A program made the position numbers and the translations under genes. Shown here in pieces: positions 1-13,652 of a stretch of DNA of 64,000 nucleotides (position 1 is the first letter of the stretch; each line of letters starts with the position of its first letter). This stretch comes from Balanoglossus misakiensis. Its lineage: Eukaryota; Animalia; Hemichordata. The notes beneath the pieces were generated by a model that worked only from the letters and a program-made list of their open reading frames with translations, did no database searches and was not told the origin of the DNA. Location: NCBI GenBank assembly GCA_040954595.2, contig CM082598.2:4148607-4212606 (forward strand), in the 5' to 3' direction.

Positions 1-427
1 GTTCATCTAAAAAGTTTAACGACTGTATTAGACAAGTTTTAAAACATAATTTAATTTGTAAAAAACCCTAATTAATTCTGTAAATCTGTTGTCTATGTGT
101 TAGAATGTAATAATCATGAGTAGAATATGTCAAAGATTTTATTATGGGTTAAAATGACAGAACTTTTTGTTATGTCACTCTATGCATGCCTGCATGTACT
201 CGCACTGACACTGTATGTACAATAATATCTGTATTAAAAACGTGTGTTTCAAAATGAGGTTGAGATTGCACATTAATTTGCACTAACAGAAACTGGGTAA
301 TGTTGAACATTGTACATTGTCACAATCATTCACTTGTATAGGTATAGAGTATACAAATAACTGCATGTAGTGTTTATGATTCTAAAACCAAAATGGCTAC
401 AGTTTTAACCCCCATCACCATACAACT

Positions 428-495
428 AGCCTGGTCTCCATACCCAGTGTGTTTTAGATAGACTCACAAAACACACTGAGTATTGAGACCAGGCT
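428..495. repeat. Short palindromic (hairpin) element
   Basis: AGCCTGGTCTC...GTGTTTT and AAAACACAC...GAGACCAGGCT form inverted arms of ~28 bp. Confidence 0.75.
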
Positions 496-652
496 GCCAT
501 CCAACGGAATTTGGTTATTTTATAATTTTAGTCATGATTTTGGTCACTACATATTGGCAGATTACACCCCCTTCCCCTCAGTATATTGACAGCAGTATAG
601 AGGATGGTCAACAGGCAATTTGCCTGTAGTTGACACACTGAACAAACCTGTA

Positions 653-835
653 CAGTAAAACCTGTCTAAACCAAACCCTGTCTAATCTGGAAACCTGTCT
701 ACACCGAACACTAAAATTTCCAGTCCCTTTTACATAGAAGTAGAACCACAGTTATACACTGAACACCTAGATCGATGCAAACCAGGCAATTTCTTTATAA
801 TTTCCTTTGGTATCTGGTTCAAACAGGTTTTACTG
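653..835. mobile_element. MITE with CAGTAAAACCTG terminal inverted repeats (Tc1/mariner-like)
   Basis: TA|CAGTAAAACCTGTCTAAACC ... GGTTCAAACAGGTTTTACTG. Confidence 0.65.
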
Positions 836-1645
836 AATCAAAAAGTTAACTTTTTAATACAGAGCAACTTCCCCTTCAAAGTGTCTACGTGTCATGTTGA
901 ACAGGGCAGGTATCAGTGATGGGGTTAAAACAAGTGAAGCCATTTTGACAGGATTTGGTAGCATTCTAAAATAGATTTTAAAGGTATTGGTTTGTTGTGT
1001 CTCATATTTTTAATGCATGGATTATAACAACTTACAAGGTGGATATGGTCATTAATTTGAATTTTACATCATATATCATATTTTGTCATATCAGTACACG
1101 TGAGAAAACAGAGATGTGTGGTTAAGAGAATAGGTTCATCATTATAATTTTTTATTTATGTGACACTGTGTTCTTCATCGAGATGACTTATGATCTCTTT
1201 GTTAAAACTAATAAAAACCTCAGTCATTTCCTTTCCAAATTAATTCAAGTTCTGCGTCCAATTACCAATTTCTCTTCTTTCTGTCATCCATATTATCATG
1301 TTACCATTTTACTTCATGTTTCTAACAGATTTTTCCACCTGTCATTCACCCTGATTCCTTTTGGGCATTTTTGGTATTCAACATCCTAGACATTTCATAT
1401 TAAAATGCCCAAATTAGAAATTGATGAGTTATAAGTTTCATACATTATATGTGATTAGTTTTATTCCCAGCACTGTGTGATTGACATACTGTACCTGGTA
1501 TTACATGTAATTTTGACTTGTACTGGAGTAGCAGTTTCACCATCAAAATATCATGCAGTGGTTCTTAATTTCAATCATACTCATTTTTTGGTGTTGATGA
1601 AATATTTTTTCACTCTTATTTTTAATTCTAATCGTGCTCATGAAG

Positions 1646-4600
1646 GCGTACCTGAAAATAGTGAGCATAGTGACTATGGCTCTGCTGGTAAGATTTAGAA
1701 ATTATTAGTGATTGCCGTGGTACTATTTTTAATGAATTCATGCATGTTAATTACATGTAAATTATATGATAATGGCATGGGTTTGGGTTAAAATCATAAA
1801 TGTGTGATACAGTCATTGGTGAAAATTCTGCTTTTATGGACATGGTATCATTTCAATGTGTGCATGACAAAGACAACGTTACAGTACAGCTCAGGGAGTC
1901 TTTCGTGATTGTCCCATTATGGGCATGCATGTGCAACTTTTAATATTGTGCTTGACAACCTGAGAGATATGCAACATGTCAAATTGGTTGTCCAAAAGTA
2001 CATGTATTTAGTTTATAACTTTCACAGTCAGAAACAATTATTGTGTTATTGCCTTTACCCTAAGATAGTGTTCACAAATACTGGGCATTTCAGCATTCTT
2101 GAGGGAGGTGAAAACAGACTGTTTCATGCACAAGTTAAAAAAACATAGTGATACATGTACCTGCACGGGTTCGGATAAAGCTTTAGAGACACTTGCATCA
2201 TTGAGGCCTCCCATCCCCATTAACACCATTATCGTGGAGTATTCCTATCATCATCGGTGCTTTGTGAGGGCATTCCATTGGGAAATAGGGATGTAATGGT
2301 AATTCTGCATGGGATTAGTATTCAGATAGAAATGCATGAGCATGGTATTGACATAAAATAAAAATGTGTTCAGTACAAAATGTGTTATATGCATGTTTGC
2401 TACTACTCTTCAGTTTTGTTGATTTGGTGTATCTATAGTAACAGGTGAATTATGTTTTCCTTTTAAGTTGGCTCTCGCTTAACGAGTGGAAAGTCCGCCT
2501 CTATATCCAGTGGTAAGGTTGTGTCTTCATTCTTTGTGGCATGCCTTTTTGCAAAGTCTGAAATGTTTGCTGTGTACTGAGTTTCTGAAACGTTTTCACT
2601 GCAGATCGTGGGTGCGTAAATACTTATTGGCGGGTCTGTATATCCAGTTTGAACACGACTACAGTCCAATGGCCAAAACTGAATAGTGTGAAAATATATT
2701 CCTGTAGAAGTATGTTACTTGTTAGAAAATCATATTTGAATTTTACTGATTTGTCTTCTCTTGGTCTCAATGTTAAGTTTCTTCACAGTTGTCTGTAGTC
2801 TTGCCACCTCTGCATAAACTCACATTTGGTGTATGTATCATCATTCAATGTCTTTAATTGGGGTGTTGCCCTAAACCCCTCTTATTGAAATTTCCCTCCC
2901 CACACCCCCCCCTATCTGACTCCCCCCTCCCCCAGGGTATGGATTGACAGCTGCCCCAGTTGATATATCACCTTTATGGCCATCCAGTTTGATCTAATTG
3001 TTTTACATTTCTGCCAGCATGGTTCTAATGTTGTTTTCACTGTCTGTGTTTAGTTTTTATTTCAAGTTGAATTGATTGAAGTTCTCTGAAAGGCATGCTT
3101 TAACAAATTTCTTTTGATTGACATCCAAAACCATTCCCAATGATCACCAAACTGTAACACACCATCAGGGATTCAGTAATCATTTCCCCCAGTACTTGTG
3201 TATGACTACTGTAAAACACTTTATTTTCGTGAGCAATAAATTTTCGCGAAATACGCGAGAGCCAAATTAGCGTGAGAATAAAAAGTCGCGTAAATTTTTT
3301 TGAGGATAACGACGCAGTGAATGAAATAAGAGAACGTGAAAATTAATAATTGCGAAACAGTGGCCTCTCTCGATATCGCGAAAATTTCAACTCGCGAAGA
3401 GAAATTAAGTGTTTTACAGTGTATATAAAAAAACAAATTGACCAATTGGCCTGGTTGTCAGTACTAACCATACTTTCTCTCCATTGCAAACCAAGGAAAA
3501 TCAATACTAACCGTAGAAAATCTCTCAGAGAATGGCAGTAGCCACCTCAATGAGTTTGAACATTTCATGGAACGTAAGTTGGAGACATTTTATTCAGTTT
3601 TGCGTAAGGTGTAACATTAACGTGGGATGCTATACATGTTTGTAATTGTCCTGGTACAGTCTTATTTGTTGGTGTCGTGTTGATTTTTGTAAGTTGTGTT
3701 TTTGTCAGGGAGAATTTTGATGATTAGAGCTTTAATGCATGAAAGTCTTGCAGTAACAGAGGTTAGCTTCTTTGTACATGAGTTGTATGTTGCATTTTAT
3801 CAATCATGTTGCATATTGCTGTAAGTAGTTATTCCCTTGCAAGCGCAGCATTGCAGAAACTTCATCATATGTATAACAGTCAACAGAATTTACGACCCCA
3901 GTTTTAACAATGTGCAAATGAATTTGCTAGATATCTGTTGTAATTTGTGAAATCTTGTGATTTAATGATTTGTGATGTAATTGTAATATTTTATTTCCCC
4001 ATGCTCGCATATTAAGGAATGGCATTTAGTATTTCTACTCAAACAGGTATGCAGTCTAATGCTGCTTGGGTCAAGGGTTAAGGATGTCTGTGGCATTCAA
4101 AACAACCCAACATTTACAATGCATGCTTTTGTTGTTGTTTGTTTAATTTTTGTTTGCTTTTTCTTGGGTACAATTTCCTGTATGCTTTTTTCAGTTACTT
4201 TTTACTCCTAGAATTTTTTGTTGATGCAGTGTTTGCACACTGTTGGATAATCCTGGTAAGATTGGAACCACTTTGGATTAGGTCATTGAAGTTCTTTCAC
4301 TTTGCCCATATAAGGAAACGAATACCCAGGACAAAATTATCCATATAAGGATTTGCCCTTATAAGGACATACAACCCGCAAAAATTATAACTGGAGCTTT
4401 AGAATAGTCTATGAATATCACACTATGTTTCATCAATCATTTCACCTTCACGCTTTCTTTGAATCACTGCTTTTATTATTCTGCGTCTGTCATTCTTTTG
4501 TCATGATCACAGCGAAAAAACTTTTTTTTTTGCATTTTCACACTTTTTTCTTTCCCATATCCGTGCATTTTTTTATCTTCCACTCTAAAGCTCCACCTGC

Positions 4601-7600
4601 TGCTTCGTCAGGACAAACGCCAAACTATGCATATTACAATCGTCAAACGCCCAGCCCAGGTAAGAAGCAGATGCGTGCACAAAAGACACACACACGCTAA
4701 CAATCTGTGCTTTCACTGCATCACATCTCAGTGCAGAATTCATCGGTGCTGTCTCATCGGAACAAGACTGCATAATGTTGTGACATCATCACATCGCGTG
4801 TATTGCACAATTTGCTTCTTGTCACCTGTTGCTGTTATTTTCTTCGGCCTGTGCTTGCTTCTTTCTGCAGTGTCGTTTCCATAGTGACACTCTGCGGCAA
4901 ACCACCATATTCTATTGTGTGTATCAATACTCCAGCAATGTGTATTTCTAACTACCATGTTCTTGTGCAGTAAGCATTGCAATTGTGTGTGTACTTCAGG
5001 GATTCTGTAGGGTTTGACACCAGTTTTTCTAACAAGACTTTGTAACAGAAGTATACTGGGTTGTGATTGTAATTAATATTTAGAGCTGCATACATTGTGA
5101 TTGTAATTAATATTAGTATAAAAACAGAGCTGCATTTTACACTAATCTATACTGACTGAATTTGATGTGCTTGGACACAGTAACTCCTGTGTTGAGTGAC
5201 TGTGACTTTGGGTAGCCATGCTGAAAAGCTTAAGTTTTCAGGTCAGAGCTGAAACTTTGATGTGTTTTATCATTTTTATAATACTTTTGTTTCAGATATG
5301 TAGCATCTATTTTTTCTGTGCCTTTATCTTAGTCTTTGATGCACGCCTTGAAAAATGGTCATATTCAGATACATGTAGTTTGAACCTCCAATCCAGAGGT
5401 TTGCATGTTGGCCACACATTTTTGGAAGAAAAGTCAATTTTCAATACTCAGCAAAGGAAGTTCAACCCAATGCTGCCATGGCTCTGGTTGGACTAATGTT
5501 CCGCCAAAAAGCGGTGAAAGGGTTAGAGCCATGTACTGTTGCTAAAAAAATCCATATCTCACTCAGTGTCCCATTGTATTTTGCAGTTTCTCCAAAGAAG
5601 CCTACCCCTCCTCCTCCTCCCCCTCCAGAACCGATCCGACTCCCGACCCCGGTGAAAACACCCTCTCCTCCCCACCCACCCTCTCCCCCAATCGAGGAGA
5701 GCTCTGAGAGCGAAGAAGAGGTTGTTCTCGACATCAAGTTTGTTGAGGATTTCTATGACGACGTGGATCCATTTCACTTAGGTTGGTATCCGAAATGAAA
5801 CATATAGTACAGTCTTACTTTCCTGGAGCTAATTTATTTCAAAATACAGTGTATCTTATTCGTATCTTATTCTTCCAGCCGGCACCTGTGACAACCTGTT
5901 TCACCAATCATGGAGATGTTATCAAAATCAAATGAAAATTGTATTGAAAAAATAACTGTGTGCAAATTGAAATCTCTTGACCATAGAACATTCAGTTTCA
6001 TCACATTCAAGTGTGGTATATATAATGCAAAAATTAGAGATGAATTTGTGAAAATGTCAACTTTGATGTGCATTTTACTATGTGACACCTAAATGCATGA
6101 TCAAATGCACCCTGCACTTGGACACGTGTTGAAGGATATTATAAGCACCTGTTGAAGTGATTACATGCAAATTTATTGGCTGTTTCTGTCAGTCACACAT
6201 CATTCATTGCAAATGCAGATATGATAGTATAATAACTGTTATCTTGAATTCATATCATTCAGCCTGTGCTTGTCTGCAGTCTGGTGTTACTCGTCAGTTG
6301 TATGGTTTTGAGAATTTGTGAGAATTCTCGAGAATGGAGCTGTATGGTTTTGAGAATTTGTGAGAATTCTCCGAAATGGAGCTGTCTGGTTTTGAGAATT
6401 TGTGAGAATTCTCCACAATGGCTCAAATCTCGCTTCATGGAGTAGTTTGCTTATCAGCGACACACCATTTCTTTAACATGGGCACAACCGCTGTCATATG
6501 CATTCATTCATTCATGCATTCATTCATTCATTCTGGCATCCAATCCCTTGCTTCGCAGAAACACTAGAGGCGTTCAGCGTGGCCTCGCTCGACTCCCTGG
6601 AGGACGGCCTGGACTTGCTCGATTACGACGCCCCGTCCGAATTCCAGTACAAGGGCAGAGGTGACATCCACATCCTGGACGAGATTCGGGTCTACTCGCC
6701 AATCACGCAGATGGAACCCCCACCCCCGCCGCCACAAAAGCTACCCCCTCCCCCAAAGACACCCACACCCCCTCCTCGTACTCCGACTCCCCCACCAAAG
6801 GGTAAGCGACCACCTCCTCATTCATGTAGCTGTTACTATAGGCATTGTACTGAGCAACATGAATCATTCTCATATTTTTCATCGTATAAAAATACAATTT
6901 ATCAAGTAAGATGGTTTAAGGTCTTAAGGTCTGAGTAATTATCACATTAAAGGTATACGGTCACCTATGGAAAATTAGCTATAGTTACCATGGCAAATTG
7001 AGATCAGTGGGTGGTACAGGTGAAAAAAGAGTGTCACCATATGTTCTTTAGAACACTCAAATACGCCTTTTTAGCCATATATGGGTGTATGTAAAGTGGA
7101 GGTGACTGTATACCTTTAAGAAGGACAATTATTAGCTGTAACTTCTGACAATCGTTTTAATTTTCTAAAACATAATGGAACTTGGAAGTTTACAGCTATT
7201 AACAGTGTGAATATAATTTAATTTTTGTAAAATCACAGTGTACTGTAATTTGGTGTGATAAGTTAAAGGGACTACAAGGTATATTTAGATGTACACACAT
7301 TCTGAAGTTTACCATTGAATTCATCTGTTGGCCGTCTTGGTGACCCCTATATGACCAAGCTTACCTCCTGGTATTTTCAATTGCATGATGTCAAAAATGC
7401 AGCAAGTATAGTCAACAATGTCTGTCATGTAGTGTTTACTAAACTAAGAACAAAAAAGTTTATACTATTCTCAGAAACAATGCAGAGTCGAACTTTTTAA
7501 TAATTACATGCGAAGGAAAATATCAGGAGGGTACCTGTCATACTTGGGTCATAAAAGTGACCAATTCCCAAGATCCCTGTGAAATGGCAAATTTGTAATG

Positions 7601-10599
7601 AAATCTATAGAGTTGTTTTTTCACGGGGATTTTTTAGAGTTAGTTTGTCATTAGGGAGGTGTGGTTCAAGAACTTCTGTTCAAAAATCTCTTTTCAACAG
7701 AAGTAAACCCCCGCCCCCCAAAGTGAATGGTACAGATTTCATATAATGTGACGCATTACTTTCTTTATCACATACCCCCGTACATATTACAGAGCGTTGC
7801 CATTGACATCCACACCGCACACTGTCAGTTTTCGCGTAATTTTCAGCAGACCTCGATATTTCTGTTACATCATGAAACACTGTCGACTTTGCACACGGAT
7901 TTAGTGCATCTATCATACAGCCAATGATATTTAATTATAAAGTCTATTCCTCTCCTTACTGTTTAATAAAGCGTTTTTCAAAAGTCATTATGATAATACA
8001 AATTACAATCTTTCAGGACATAGAACAGTGGTTTGAGAATGCGAATTTAAGTGGCCCAGTGTCTATTGGAAAAAAATGGTGCAATACAGATAATATGAAA
8101 CGTTGAAGTTCTTGAGTCATACCTCTTAGTCTTATGATGTGTATATCATTCCAAGTAGACGGTGACTGTTAACTTCAAAGAGACTCTAGCTGGAAGTTTT
8201 GGAAATAATTTTTTTCTTCAAGATTTTGCTGTATCATTTAACCAGTGTATTTCCATCCTGGAAGAAAACATGAGATGTATTCCAGCCAACCAAAGGGTGA
8301 AGTTGAGAGATGTTTTCTTCCAGAAATATATTGACTCGTTGCTTGAACAAAGTCTTGATTTTTGCTTTACAGAGCCGACGCCTCCCCCAACACCCCCTCC
8401 TCCACCAAAACCCAAGAAGAAGAAAGAAATCAAGAAGAAGGAGAAGAAAGTGGTTGAGAAGCCGCCACCCAAGCCTCCAACTCCCCCTCCTCCCACCCCT
8501 CCCCCTCCAAAAGAGCCAACTCCGACACCCCCTCCCCCGCCATCACCTCCCCCTCTACCAGCCGAACTTCCTCCATTGCCAGAAGGTGAGTGTAGCAGGG
8601 TTAATTCTCATACTGGACACATTTTAATTTTCTGTGGAATGGTCTTTCCTTGAATGATTATTTGGGTTTTCATATTGTACCTTATTTCCAGAGGATAGTC
8701 TGAGTTACAAAAATTAAATGGTAATTTATTTCTGATTCAGTGCCCTTGATTGTTTGATTTTCTGGGAAAATATGGGAAACTTGATACACACTCAGGGTTC
8801 ATATGTTTAAGAATTTAAAAACACTAGATTTTTTAACCACTCTAGATATAGCTCCTGCAAAATTCATATCAGCAAATTCTCACCTGGTGAGGGGCTTTTT
8901 TGCGGGAAGATTTTCATTTAAATCGAAATTGTTTTTGCGGAAATTTTTTCATTTAAATCAAAATTTTGTTTGTCCACAGTGGAGCCAGTAGTTCACAAAG
9001 CACCTGCCAGACACGCAATAGAAATTCCCAAAATCAAGACGCCCCCCCCTCCGCTGCCCCCGACTCCGGAACCAGAACCGGAGAAGAAGGAACGGAAGAA
9101 GATCGACTGGAGCAAACGCCGGGCGAAGTTGATGTACGAACGAGTCAAGAAGCGGGCCAAGTCACCACCTCCACCGCCGAGGGCAGAAGTCTCCTTCAAA
9201 GATTGTAAGTTCCGCAGACTTGCATTTATTATGTACACAGCAAAAGACACAGACCCGCCTATACCACATGGCTGGTAAAGGGACTGCGTTTAGGGCCTGT
9301 ATAGTTACTAAGACGTCCTTTGTTCCTTTCCAGATGGCTGGCTGGCACAGTTCTGCATTCTGAAGACGGAAAAGGTTGAAATGTACAGGAGAGCATTTGA
9401 AGCAGTGAGTTCTTTTATTTTAATACCCATATATATGTATGACACCTTTGCCATGGAATGCTCCAGTGTTTTCTGTGGTGACATTGAACCCGTGGAAAAT
9501 GATATTTTTGATGGGAAAATCTCTTGGAAAATTTGGAACGTCTTGGAATGAGTAATCCAGGTGTTTTCTAATCATTTTCGTTTGCTGCAATAGACTCAGA
9601 TTTTTGTTGTTGTTTTCACAAGGTTGATGAAGATGAGGATGGCTACCTGGATTGTTTTCAAACCATTCTGGCACTCAAGGGAATCGCTGGGGCCAACAAT
9701 CTGACAGAAACAGAAGAAGAGTACATATACAGGGTGAGTCGCCCTTTCCTTACCCCCTCACCACTATGGTTTGGTCCAAATCCATTGTTTTCTGCTGTAA
9801 AGTCAGACTTCTACAGAGGGAATTGGGGGTGAAAGTGTTAAAGTCATTTTACAGGTACTGCATTCATTCTGTTCTGTGCTTTTTGTAGATAATGGAGATG
9901 ACAGACTACAGGATCATTGATGGAACTGACTTCCGGTTGTTTGCCATCGTGGCGGCACTTTCACAGAGGATAGCAAGATTAGAGTGAGTACACACCCTTT
10001 CACCATCAAATTTGGTTTCAACCTCTCATGCACAAATTGGTTTCCGGGTTGATCTACTCAAAGAAAGGGGTGAAAGCCTCACATATGGGAAACATGGTAC
10101 GTGACCTGGCTGAAATTTCCATTGTTATGTTTTTGTTGGAAATTTTCATTGTAGCATATTGTATCCTTGTTTTTGTTTCTTTCAGTGGATGGATGAAAAA
10201 TATAATAAATCGGTTTGATTTCAAGATGCTGGATATGAAGATATTCAAAGCAAAGGTGAGCATGACGTACACAGAACTAATTTCTGATTACACCTTATAT
10301 AAAAATTGAGGTGGTATTTCATAGCCACAAATGCTTTGAAACCGTCATTGTTTCATTTCTTCCCACAGGATCTGTTTTTATGGAACGTGGACCAAAACAC
10401 GAACAAGATCTCCATACAGCAACTGATGATCGAACTGAAAGCGGGCGGGGTCAGCGAAGAGCACCAGGAAGAAGTTCAGGTGAAGTTGGGCCACTTGGGG
10501 GCGCTCGACTTGTTGGACTTCATGACCTATGTCCCGCTGTTCATCATGTTGCACGAGTCTGTGGTGAACAACCCGCTGGATGACTCAAGAGACAAGTAG
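1646..10599 (+). CDS. Proline-rich protein with C-terminal EF-hand-like region; 5' end lies upstream of the window (partial gene)
   Basis: Frame-consistent GT-AG exons: 1646-1687 and 2468-2512 (microexons, less certain), 3496-3573, 4591-4659, 5587-5781, 6559-6801, 8373-8585, 8980-9204, 9334-9404, 9623-9733, 9889-9983, 10186-10255, 10369-10599 (TAG). Middle exons encode PPTP/PPK runs. Exon 9623-9733 has an EF-hand-like loop DEDEDGYLDCFQ. Last exon ends LDLLDFMTYVPLFIMLHESVVNNPLDDSRDK*. Confidence 0.8.
3209..3419. mobile_element. MITE family A (TIR CTGTAAAACACTTTATTTTCGCGAG, TA target)
   Basis: Terminal inverted repeats; near-identical copies at 40358, 43172, 47454 and 53677. Confidence 0.9.
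6300..6415. repeat. ~42-bp tandem repeat, 3 copies
   Basis: TGGTTTTGAGAATTTGTGAGAATTCTC repeated three times. Confidence 0.9.
6947..7119 (+). mobile_element. TTAA-flanked MITE family B (Kolobok/piggyBac-like target)
   Basis: TTAA|AGGTATACGGTCACC ... GGTGACTGTATACCT|TTAA; further copies at 41350 and 60354. Confidence 0.88.
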
Positions 10600-13500
10600 T
10601 GACACCCCCTGGAATGAAATGATGTGACTTGTACCTCAGGATGGCAAACCTTTCTGGATAGTGTGGGATTGATTCTCTGCCGGAGCATGAACCAGTTTAG
10701 TAGTGACACCCCCTGTCTGCAGGCGATGGTTATCTGGCACAAAAAGGCAAAAGTGCTTATACTTGCAGTACGTGACTCCAAAAAGTGAATTTTGGAAGTC
10801 TGATATTGTGAATGGTCCTGATATGTTTAAAACAACGAATGTCCAGTATTTGCTGGTTTGCAAATTGCATTTGTGTCAGGGTTTCGGAAATAGTGGCTGT
10901 CATTGTGCTGTATGACTCTGTAAACTTCGATTTTGACTTGAGACAATCGGTTACTACTTCAAAACTTAAAGTGGATGTTAGTGAGAGATTCAGTCGGGTA
11001 ACTGCGAAGAAAACCAAAGCCATACCTTCATTAATACAAGATTTTTCTCTCTCCATCGAATGTACATGTATTGTGGTGTAGACTATGATCTCAATCTTTT
11101 TCCGTTTTCATGATTTGAGCTTCACCAGTGGAGAGGATGTTGAGACAACAGGAATATTCAATGTATCTAAGCAACTGTCGAAATTATTTTGTCAGTTTAC
11201 TGTAATCACAGTAATTGTTCAACCACAAACTGAAACCATCCAAGTGCTAGGATTTACATCAAGAAATTTCCAACAACTCAAAGACTTTATTAATAGAGAT
11301 GGAATGAGTGCTACCTCAAAGGGATAAGTGACTTCATATTCTTGTGTGTTTCAGTCATTTCGACAAGCTGAGGATCGATAGACCACTTTTCACTCCATCC
11401 TGAAGTCTTTTTCAAAATTTTTAAGTCTGGTTGAACAATTACAGTGATTACGGTAGATGGGAGGGTTAATCTTTTCTGAGAAGTTTACATAAGCTACTTA
11501 ACCAACTTCAGCCAAAAATTCAGAAAAAAAGTGTACATAGATATTTTTCATAGATTCATAGATATTCTCATTCCAGTTCTGATTGTCAACTATGCAGTTA
11601 GGTGTTAGGACCACAACAACAATTACGAAAGAAATACCGTCCATACTTTAAATGTCCTGAAATTATAAATTTGACAATCAAAGATTTTGCTAGAATCTAT
11701 CAGTTTTAAACGCAGAAAATTGCACAGAGAATTTATAGCAATATGTAAAGAATAATGTAACATTAATGATTATCATGATAATTTTGCTGTTAGTTGCTAG
11801 AATTTACGAAAATGTCTGACCTTCATCTGAAAAGTGACTATACCTGTTTTTGATACCCATCAGGGCTAGGGTTTATAATTCCTTGGAAAGTTGTAGACAA
11901 TTCTGGGAAAATTGAATTTACTCCAGGAAAATCTGGAAAATGATTTTCCAAGGGCATTTTCAGAAGTTCTGGGTATGCAGTTCATGTAGTGTATATTTTT
12001 AGTCGTACGAAAACTAATGTGCAAAATGATCAGTCTTTCAAATTTGATTAAGTAAGATTTTTATGTACATTTGGTGGAAATCATGGCTGCCATGATGGAT
12101 TGTAAGTGCCGTTGTACAGCACTGGGCATATAGCATCAATTTAGCTACTTTTATGTTATTTTTTAGTGTATTTATGAACTTGAAATCATTGTAGACACCA
12201 TGCAAATCACCACAAAGAAATTTCTTTACAAGTTATTTGATCAAAATGGTATTTTTTCAGTGTGTTTGTCATCACTTATTGTCACAAATCAAGGGTCAGT
12301 TGGAATGCAAAAAAGTTGGATTATGAAATAATGAGTGTTTCATCTAGACTGGGGGTGGGGGTGGGCTGACTCACCCCTTGATGACATGTTGGCACTCCCT
12401 AGGAATTTGTGAACGGGCAACCAGCTGCAAAAATGATATCACCCACACATTGGAGATATTTCAACCCTCTTTGTCAGTGGATTTCCACAGATATATTCTG
12501 GGGAAGGGTACACTACCACTGGTTGATACCATTCTGGATCGAACATGGATGAAATCTCTCAAAATAGGATGAAAATGATTTGCTAGATACACTAAGTTTA
12601 AAGGTAGGGTGTAAACTGTATAAGATTCAAATCTGATTTGTTACACTCCAATCAACCAGGTCTCTCTGAACGTGGCCACCTAAATTGACTGTGACATGTA
12701 CACATGACACATTCCAATATGAATTTTAAAATTATTATATTTTTCAATGATTTGGGACAATTTTTTTTAGTTATGCACTGTGATTTTGTATCAGTTGTAA
12801 TGTATATCACATCTCAAAAAAGTACTAAAAAATGTATCTTCACCCTGCATTTTTTTCACAGATTTTACAAGTAATATTATAATCACTGTATATACTAAAT
12901 CACGTTATCTAGCAATTGGCTAGTGTCAAGTGCAATTATAGTAAATTTGCATTTATATTATTATGTACATATCACTTTTTTGTATTAAATGTAATGCAGC
13001 TCCAGAAATTGATGTCTCTTGAGATAGGGATTTATCAACTTTGGTATCTGATACAATTTCATCTTTGGGGTAACAAAAAACAACAACACATCACGTATAC
13101 ATGGTAGTCCTTTTATTATATTATTGCTTTTTAAATATTCTTTGAAATACTACATGTAATATGGCAGAAATTCCTGACATAAATAAGACATTGTCACAAG
13201 ATAATATATTTGTACAATGTACCAACTTTGACGTAGTAACGTACCAGTATACAATATCAACGCAAAATATGTAACAATATATACAAGGTATATTTGGGCT
13301 GATACGGTCGTCTAGTCTACGAAAGTACAGAATTACTTCCAATGAATTTATTATCAAACATGTTGTGAACATACAGACCCATACAATATGTCCACTCTAA
13401 AAGCGTCATTGCTGGGTTTGTCGCTAAACGGCAAAACCGGTCTCCACCAACTATCCACTGTTCTTTCTGGTTTCTTTCTGACCAGTGGGAAATGTCCAAG

Positions 13501-13652
13501 TAACAAGCAGAACAAGGGAACACGATATTAAGTCTAAGCAAACTGCCTGCCATAATTTGCTGCCTTGGCTAGTTACATGCGACTGCTCCTTTTAAAGACA
13601 CAAGAACAGCCCTTGAACTAAAGCATGGCTTTTGAAGACAACAGAAAACTCT

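Noticed and set aside
863-909. Possible upstream exon of gene 1, near an imperfect inverted repeat (391-418 / 916-945)
   Set aside because: Only open if entered in phase 2, and no upstream exon in the window can confirm that; the inverted repeat is short and imperfect.
7701-7729. Possible extra Pro-rich microexon of gene 1
   Set aside because: In the required phase it hits TGA after 8 codons; unsupported as an internal exon.
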